Assembly (NCBI GenBank): GCA_951406725.2
Contig: OX597829.1
Coordinates: forward strand, 46,748,001 to 46,812,000
DNA from: Octopus vulgaris
Lineage: Eukaryota
Reading direction: 5' to 3'
Length of the DNA stretch: 64,000 bases
Below, one piece after another: positions 55,999 to 64,000 of this stretch. Both the position numbers and the translations under genes were made by a program. The notes below the pieces were generated by a model. It saw only the letters and a list, made by a program, of their open reading frames with translations, made no database searches and was not told the DNA's origin. The number at the start of each line of letters is the position of its first letter. Positions within the stretch are counted from its first letter, which is position 1.

Positions 55999-56519
55999 AT
56001 ATTTCGGAATGGTCATATTGCCAGTTTAGCCAATAAAAACACACGCACTATATATTTGGTGTTATTTTGCTTCAGTGATATTTATTTTTTACATTAATCT
56101 TAATCTTATTTCGGCCAAAGTTCTTTCGTCACACTCCTGTGACCGCATCAGTGGTCCTTTGTTTTCTTCTCACTTACTTGTGTCTCTCCTTACTAACCGT
56201 CAGCCATTTTGTATTTCTATTGTATGTCTTCATTTGCGCATGCTTATATCTCTATGTGCGTCTATGTTTATTTAGTGTGGGGGGGATGCCTGTAATATTT
56301 GTATCTTCTGGTTATATACATTATTGTAATTTGTATTTTGTTTTTGTTGTTGTTGCTTTTGTTCTAATTTTGTTCATGTGTTTACATCCACCCATTATTA
56401 TCATTACATATGCTTGTAAAAAATAAATATCACTGAAGCAAAATAACACCAAATATATAGTGCGTATGTTTTTATTGGCTAAACTGGCAATATGACCATT
56501 CCGAAATATAACAATATAT
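55990..56519. mobile_element. Inverted-repeat hammerhead element
   Basis: Arms 55990-56093 and 56415-56519 near-identical; ribozyme-like motif in the spacer; (TA)n on the left and close on the right. Confidence 0.75.
56113..56157 (-). ncRNA. Hammerhead-like motif (CUGAUGC variant)
   Basis: Minus: ggaCCA-CUGAUGC-gGUCAC aggagu GUGAC-GAAAG-aa-CUU-UGGcc. Confidence 0.6.
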
Positions 56520-56571
56520 GTTTCAACACACGACTTCACATAAAAAATCTTGCACAACAAATATTTAAACG

Positions 56572-56617
<46 letters not shown>

Positions 56618-56629
56618 ACCGCGTGTGTA

Positions 56630-56816
56630 CCGTTGGCGATTTTTTTTCCTCTGTCTTCCCTTCTCTGGATCTTTCCTTCTCCTGTTTCCGACGAAGAGCT
56701 CCGCTCGAAACGTTAAACCCTCCTTCTTTCCTTCTTTCTTGAGCGTCCCATAATACTTTATTTGTTCCACGTCCTCGCGTCGTTATGTTTTTTTTTGTGC
56801 TTTCTTGTTTGGATTA

Positions 56817-56822
<6 letters not shown>
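56630..56822 (+). mobile_element. Short hammerhead-bearing element ending in (TA)n
   Basis: GUUU-CCGACGA-aGAGC ucc GCUC-GAAAC-GUU-AAAC at 56684-56718; second copy at 18820. Confidence 0.75.
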
Positions 56823-56863
<41 letters not shown>

Positions 56864-57609
56864 CTACCGTCTCCTTCACACTTTATCTTACCATTCCTCC
56901 CCACTCACTCGTTTTCATCTCTCTTTCTCTTTTTCTCTATAATATCTATATCTTCATAACAACTATACCACCATCATATTTGCACGAGCACAAATATAGT
57001 GAATGTGTTTATTTATGTACATATGATAACAACTGTTCTTTTAAGGTAACGCTTGCATTCATAAAAAAGCACACACATCTGAGTTTGTCGTAGGTTAACC
57101 TATATGTCGAAATGTAATTTCATTTTGGAAATTTTCCCTGAGGAAATACCCAATTGGCAGGTTTCAAATATGAGAATTTGAATTAAAGTGTTAGATCTTT
57201 ACCTTGAGACCGACAGATTTAAAAAATATTTTTTTTAACTAAACACTTTCAAACTTCGGACACTGGTAGAATCTGTGATATAAAACATCTTTTACTTTTA
57301 GCGTTTTTTGAGAAAAGCTTATATTTACGAAGTTATTTCAGGTTAAAGTTGTCGTATTTCGGTAATTTCAATCAATCAATGACGTGTATTCAGCTGAATA
57401 AAATTTTCTTCCTTTCCTCATTCATATATAATAATATATAGAGAGGATGAGGCTGTTATTTAAAATAACGATCAAATCGAGTGGCCAGCACCGAAAAAAA
57501 ACCCTTATAGGTAATCACTATAATTAAAATTATATTTAAAGGTATCAAAACTGATACCAGCATGCAAGACGTAGCAGTCAAAACCTGAGTCAGAACCCTC
57601 GTGTGTGTG

Positions 57610-58027
<418 letters not shown>

Positions 58028-58519
58028 TATAGAATGTGATTATGGTTAAAATTCAAGCTGTGTCTTCTTCAAGTACATTTACCAATATTTTAATTTCGTA
58101 TGTAGAAGTAATATTTATGTCTTATTTTATATTTTATTTATTTATTTTGAGATACGCATAAGAGTTGAACATTCTGAAAATATTGTTTAAAGAATAATAT
58201 TTATCAACACAAGAGGATTGGAAAAACATAATTGTTTATTTGCCATTACACTTTGCATTTGCTAAGAAGAGTTACAAAATTGTACAGAGACTCAAGTAAT
58301 ACGAAATTTACGTTCGGATGAAGCTTTTATATATAGTTATTAATCAGGAGATGTGTAGATAGTTGGAGGAGAGGATAATAAGTAAATTTGGCTGTACAGA
58401 AAGAAGAGGGGGAGTTGGAGATTAAGGAATTAATGCATATACACTTATACATTAATGTACATAAAATGCATTTGTTGTGTGTGTGTGTAGGTGTATATAA
58501 GTACATTGATGTATAGCTC

Positions 58520-59160
58520 TTTCTCTTTTACTTGTTTCAGTCTTTTGACCGCGGCCATGCTGGAGCACCGCCTTTAGTCGAGCAAATCGACCACAGGACT
58601 TATTCTTTGGAAGCCTAATACTTATTTTATCGGTCTTTTTGCCAAATTGTTAAGTTACGGGATGTAAACACACCAGCATCGGTTGTCAAGCAACGTTGGG
58701 GAGGGGACACAGACACACAAACATATATACAGACATACATATATATGCATATATACGACGGGCTTCTTTCAGTTTCCGTCTACTAAATCCACTCACAAGG
58801 CTTTGGTCGGCCCGAGGCTATAGTAGAAGACATTTACACAAGGTGCCACGTAGGGAGAATAAACCCGGAACCATGTGACTGGTAAGCAAGCTACTTACCT
58901 ATTTCTTTACTACCCACAAGGGGCTAAACACAGAGAAGGACAAACAAGGACAGACAAACGGATTAAGTCGAATATATCGACGCCAGTGCGTAACTGCTAC
59001 TTAATTTATCGACCCCGAAAGGATGAAAGGCAAAGTCGACGTCAGCGGAATTTGAACTCAGAACGTAGCGGCAGGCGAAATACCGCTAAGCATTTCGCCC
59101 GGTGTGCTAACATTTCTGCCAGCTCACCGCCTTTACTTACCACACAGCCACTCCTGCGCC
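58520..59160 (-). mobile_element. SINE family A interrupted by a family B copy (58899-59133)
   Basis: tacttac duplicated at 58892-58898 and 59134-59140. Confidence 0.9.
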
Positions 59161-59521
59161 TGATATATGTGTATATCAAAGTGCACTTGTTACTTCAACC
59201 CCTAACTCTGTGTCCCCCTTCTATACAACTAATTTGCTCTTTATTTCTCTCCCTCAATCTATCTGTACGACTTCTGATGGCTCACTACGTACAAACGCTA
59301 CGTACAAATGTAAATTTGGGATTGATTGTTTGTCTCTCTCTCTGAAGAATTTCTAACAGGGGATATCTTACATGTTTATCCTACATGTACACCTTGCTAA
59401 TTCCTATTGGCGAATGAATCATGTGTAATAGTGAATAAATAATACGAAAGAAGTTTCACAACCTCTTCTTCCTATATAAATACACACACACATTAATACA
59501 TATATATATATGTATGTATAC

Positions 59522-59598
<77 letters not shown>

Positions 59599-59602
59599 CA
59601 TA

Positions 59603-59990
59603 GTGGAGGCGCAATGGCCCAGTGGTTAGGGCAGCGGACTCGCGGTCATAGGATCGCGGTTTCGATTCCCAGACCGGGCGTTGAGAGTGTTTATTCAGCG
59701 AAAACACCTAAAGCTCCACGAGGCTCCGGCAGGGGATGGTGGTGATCCCTGCTGTACTCTTTCACCACAACTCTCTCTCACTCTTACTTCCTGTTTCTGT
59801 TGTACCTGTATTTCAAGGGGCCGGCCTTGTCACACTCTTGTGTCACGCTGAATATCCCCGAGAACTACGTTAAGGGTACACGTGTCTGTGGAGTGCTCAG
59901 CCACTTGCACGTTAATTCCACGAGCAGGCTGTTCCGTTGATTCGGATCAACCGGAACCCACGTCGTCGGAACCAACAGAGTGCTTCCATA
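59603..59990 (+). mobile_element. SINE family C full-length copy (tRNA-Arg-like head)
   Basis: A box tggcccagtggttag, anticodon-like ggacTCGcggtc, B box ggtttcgattccc. Confidence 0.9.
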
Positions 59991-60855
59991 CATACATAAA
60001 TGCGGCTTTTTTGAAAGCCTATCCAGGCGCATGGGCCCGGTTCCCCGGTTTCAATGGCGTATGTGTTCCCCAGCTGGACGGGACGCCAGTCCATCGCAGC
60101 GTTACTCATTTTTGCCAGCTGAGTGGACTGGAGCAACGTGAAATGAAGTGTTTTGCTCAAGAACACAACGCGTCGCACAGTCCAGGAATTGAAACCACAA
60201 TCTTACGACCATGATGCTGACACTCTAACCACTACACCACTAAACCACTAAACCACACGCCTCCATATATATATATACAGAAACATAATTTATACACACA
60301 TATATACATACAAAGGGATATACGTAGATACACCATTCTCTTTGGAAACCAAATACAGTGAAATACTTAATACACGCCATATTGAAAATAAACATATAAA
60401 TAATTGTTTCTTACAGAAACTGAAAATTGAGTAAGTTGTAATTTTCATTTGCATTTCTCCAGAGGGCGGCATTATCAGCTTAACAGCAGTGAAGTAATTC
60501 CGTAGACGCAAAAACAAAGAGAAATTTTATAGACGTGAATATCCCGGGAGTGGGTGAGCTACTGTTTTAAATGTGATGAGATAACTGGTTCCAATTAATA
60601 ATCGTAACTGGCTTTAGGTAGTAGGGTAAAAATATGGCCGCGTGGTTGAGAGAGTTACATTGTAATCATGTGGTTTTTGGTTTGATACAGTCAGCAATAT
60701 TCTAGGCAGACATTTTCTGGCATGACCCTTAGTTATGCAATTAACCGAAAAGTTTAACACTAATAGACGTTGTGAATAAGAGTTGGTACGCGGGGAATTT
60801 GTTAGATCCAGACTTTCGTATGTAGAAAGGAATGAGTATTTATATATAATGTTTC

Positions 60856-61252
60856 GCGGCGAGCTGGCAGAATCTTTAGCACGCCGGGCGAAATGCGTAG
60901 CCGTATTTCGTCTGCCGTTACGTTCTGAGTTCAAATCCCGCCGAGGTCAACTTTGCCTTTCATCCTTCGGCGTCGATTAAATAGGTACGCACAGGGGTCG
61001 ATATAATCGACTTAATCCGTTTGTCTGTCTTTGTTTGTCCTCTCTAGCCCCTTGTGGGAAGTAAAGAAATAGGTATTTCGTCTGCCGCTACGTTCTGAGT
61101 TCAAATTCCGCCGTGTTCGACTTTGCCTTTCATACTTAGGCGTCGATTAAATAAGTACCAGTTACGCACTGGGGTCGATATAATCGACTTAATCCGTTTG
61201 TCTGTCCTTGTTTGTCCCCTCTGTGTTTAGCCCCTTGTGGGTAGTAAAGAAA
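60856..61252 (+). mobile_element. SINE family B partial tandem dimer
   Basis: Second unit restarts at ggtatttcgtctgcc (~61072). Confidence 0.85.
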
Positions 61253-61309
61253 TATACATATTGTTTCGCATGTATGTGTATATTTATACATGTATAAGCG
61301 TATGTACAT

Positions 61310-61632
61310 GTGAAGGTGCGTATGTTAGTGGTTAGGGTATTCGGCTCGCTATCGTAAGGTCATGAGTTCAATTCCTGTCAGCGCTTTGTCTCCTTGAGCA
61401 AGACACTTTATTTCACGTTGCTCCAGTCCACTCACCTGGAAAAAATCAGCAGCACCTGAAGTTCAAAAGGCCGGCCTTGTCACACTGTGTCACACTGAAT
61501 CTCCCTGAGAACTACATTAAGGGCACACATATCTGTGGAGCGCTCAGCCACTAAGACATTAATTTTACGAATAGTGTGTCCCGTTGATATCGGATCAACT
61601 GAAACACTCGTCATCGCAACCGACGGAGTACC
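61310..61632 (+). mobile_element. SINE with alternative tRNA-like head and family C tail
   Basis: tagtggttagggtattcgg...gagttcaattcc...ccttgagcaagacactt...ggccggccttgtcacac...gcaaccgacggagt. Confidence 0.8.
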
Positions 61633-61633
61633 A

Positions 61634-61680
<47 letters not shown>

Positions 61681-62031
61681 TAGGTAGGTAGGTAGGTAGG
61701 TAATTAAATTAATAAAGATCAGGAGAACAGATATTTACACATCTATATTTTATTATACTATTATTTACAGCATTCGTCCCTTGGATCTGAATAACTGTAT
61801 AACGGAGTATTGATGCCCAAATCCCTGTTCTCTTGACCTTTATTCATTTCATTATTTTCTCTGCGGAAACTATGCAGTCCCCAAAAGGTCATTCAGATTA
61901 ACCAAGCGAAGATAATAACTCGGGTATCAGCAACATGTAACATCGAGAACCGATTTACGAGTTAACACAGTATCCGCCAGGATTATATATATCCATCGAA
62001 ACAATCTTTGGAAATATATATATATTACATG

Positions 62032-62077
<46 letters not shown>

Positions 62078-62382
62078 CAACTCCTTATCGAAAGGAGAAA
62101 TCCTCAAGGAAAAACTGGAAGTTTCTAAATAGCCAAAAATTATAATCTCTCACTTTCCCCTTTTCTGTTTATCTCTGTTTCTCTCTTTAACTTCTCAGTC
62201 TGTGTCACACACATACACACACACACACGCGCACACACACACACATTCTCGCTCTCACTCACACATACATACACACACACACACTTGTAATGCGTGCTTC
62301 TTATATTTAAACATATATATATAGTTGTGCATGAATGCATAAGTATGTACAGAGACACAGACATATGTATATGTTTATTTCT

Positions 62383-62468
<86 letters not shown>

Positions 62469-63138
62469 ATATGCACAAGAGCGTATGAGTCTGTGTGTTT
62501 GTGTGTGTGAGAGAGTGTGTGCATTTATATATAATGAAAATCGACTGGATAATGAGTTTGACTGTTGTTTATTAATGAGCTGCAAAGCCGATCTGATGTT
62601 TCGTAGTTTACACCATAATTGTTACATAAATGTCTATTTTCAGTTTAAATGCAACAGAGAATCGTAGCAACTGACATTGCGCAGAGATATTTTTGACTCT
62701 TCAAGCTACAGACAGTTAGACAACAACCATAATAACGCTTTTGACAGAAAAGTTGTTTCATTTATCGAACACACATTCAAAACTTGTAACTGAGCAGTTA
62801 ACAACACTAGCCTTAGAAAAGCATATTACGTTAATAGCTAAACATTTTCAGGGTCTTGTGAATATCGAAGGGTTTTTCTTTCCTTATGTTTCGTTTAAAT
62901 TTTGCGTGTTTAAAGCAATTTTAGCGAAATTAATGAACCTATTTCTCAATGGTGGCTAATCAGTTTAAATCTAACTCATAATATTCTGTATGAATATTAT
63001 CTTTTCTCAGATCATATGCAATGGAAAACTTATTGTCTTACTTCGGTTTTAAATGGAGTTTTTCCACTATTACTTTCCTTCATAAAAGTAAACCTATTCT
63101 TTCACTTTCCGCACAAAATATATAGCCTGCCTAACTCA

Positions 63139-63232
63139 GTCTACCGTGTCGATATATACTGTATATATACTGTCTACAGTGTCAATATATACTGTATATA
63201 TACTGTCTACCGTGTCAATATATACTGTATAC
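63139..63232. repeat. 33-bp tandem repeat, ~2.8 copies
   Basis: Unit gtctac(c/a)gtgtc(g/a)atatatactgtatatatact. Confidence 0.9.
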
Positions 63233-63311
63233 CAGTCGCCATGATAGATCGGTAGCCACTACACACATTTATTTTCTCTCCTTGTTTCTCTCCTTGTTTT
63301 TTTCTCTGTCC

Positions 63312-63347
63312 CTTTCTGTAGAAGAGCGTAGGCTCGAAACATAAAAG
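63312..63347 (+). ncRNA. Minimal hammerhead-like motif
   Basis: CUUU-CUGUAGA-aGAGC guag GCUC-GAAAC-AUA-AAAG; same stem II and downstream tgagcgt motif as 18874 and 56684. Confidence 0.6.
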
Positions 63348-63469
63348 ACTTTTTCTATTCCTGAGCGTTATACTAATACATCTGTTTGTTTTCTACACCA
63401 CCTGTCTTCGTCTTTTGTTTTGTTTTTTGGGTTTTTTCGTGAACTCTTCCCCTATACTGTATTTATTTA

Positions 63470-63636
63470 GAGAAGATGCAGAAAAGTTCCAGGAAGTTCA
63501 GTTAATTTTAGATTCACACACTTATTGCAGCGGTCCTTCGGGTTTTCTAAGCCCTGTGAAATAACTCGGAAGGTTAGGCCTTCAACTAGGCCCTCGTGAT
63601 ACCCTTAAAGCCAGGAACTTTTCAGCAACCCTTGTA
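63470..63636. mobile_element. Mariner-derived MITE relic
   Basis: TIR-like gaaaagttcc versus ggaacttttcagcaacccttgta. Confidence 0.55.
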
Positions 63637-64000
63637 CATTCATTAAATTTACGGCTTCAGTATCACTCAGACTTTTCCGAACGTAATCAACATTTATTTA
63701 CGACAATTTTCGTATAAATTCTCCATTTTCGTAACATGTTTGCCTCATTATGTTATTGTTTCACATGAAAACTCTGGCAAATATATGGCTCCGAGGATGC
63801 TATAGGACTTAGCTCTAGCACTCAGCTCTGAATGCGTGGATTCTCATAAAAGAAATAGCTGTAAGCCAATAAAGATGATCGCGCGGATTCTATTCCCTTG
63901 ACACACATCAGTTAATATATGTGATTTCTCGTGCTTGTATACTTTCCTACACGCATATATATATGTACGTATGTGCGTATATACGTTGGTATGCATGTAT

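Noticed and set aside
59603-59680. tRNA-Arg-like gene (also other SINE heads)
   Set aside because: Continues into a multi-copy SINE body with no poly-T terminator after the tRNA-like part; it is a SINE head, not a tRNA gene.
61707-61849. Short imperfect inverted repeat (~24-bp arms) next to a microsatellite
   Set aside because: Arms are short and diverged, and no hammerhead core could be assembled.

Overview
AT-rich, microsatellite-saturated eukaryotic DNA. The SINE families and repeat landscape look like an octopus (coleoid cephalopod) genome; this is an inference, not a database match. I can support no host protein-coding exon, and most ORF-track entries are microsatellite translations. 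The window is intronic or intergenic. It holds three tRNA-headed SINE families, non-autonomous Helitrons, Tc1/mariner relics, an RTE LINE 3' end, and a 5'-truncated R4/Dong-type RLE retrotransposon in (AAT)n. The most striking unexplained signal is a set of short, non-coding, mutually dissimilar elements in (TA)n tracts. They carry type I minimal hammerhead ribozyme motifs (CUGAnGA - stem II - GAAAC - mostly palindromic stem III - NUH) and repeatedly form inverted repeats with both 3' tails pointing outward. They resemble Penelope pLTR or retrozyme-type RNA-mobilised elements, and one reconstructs to a circularly permuted unit of about 540 nt. A candidate recursive splice site lies at 1614-1622. 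All coordinates and folds were read by eye.
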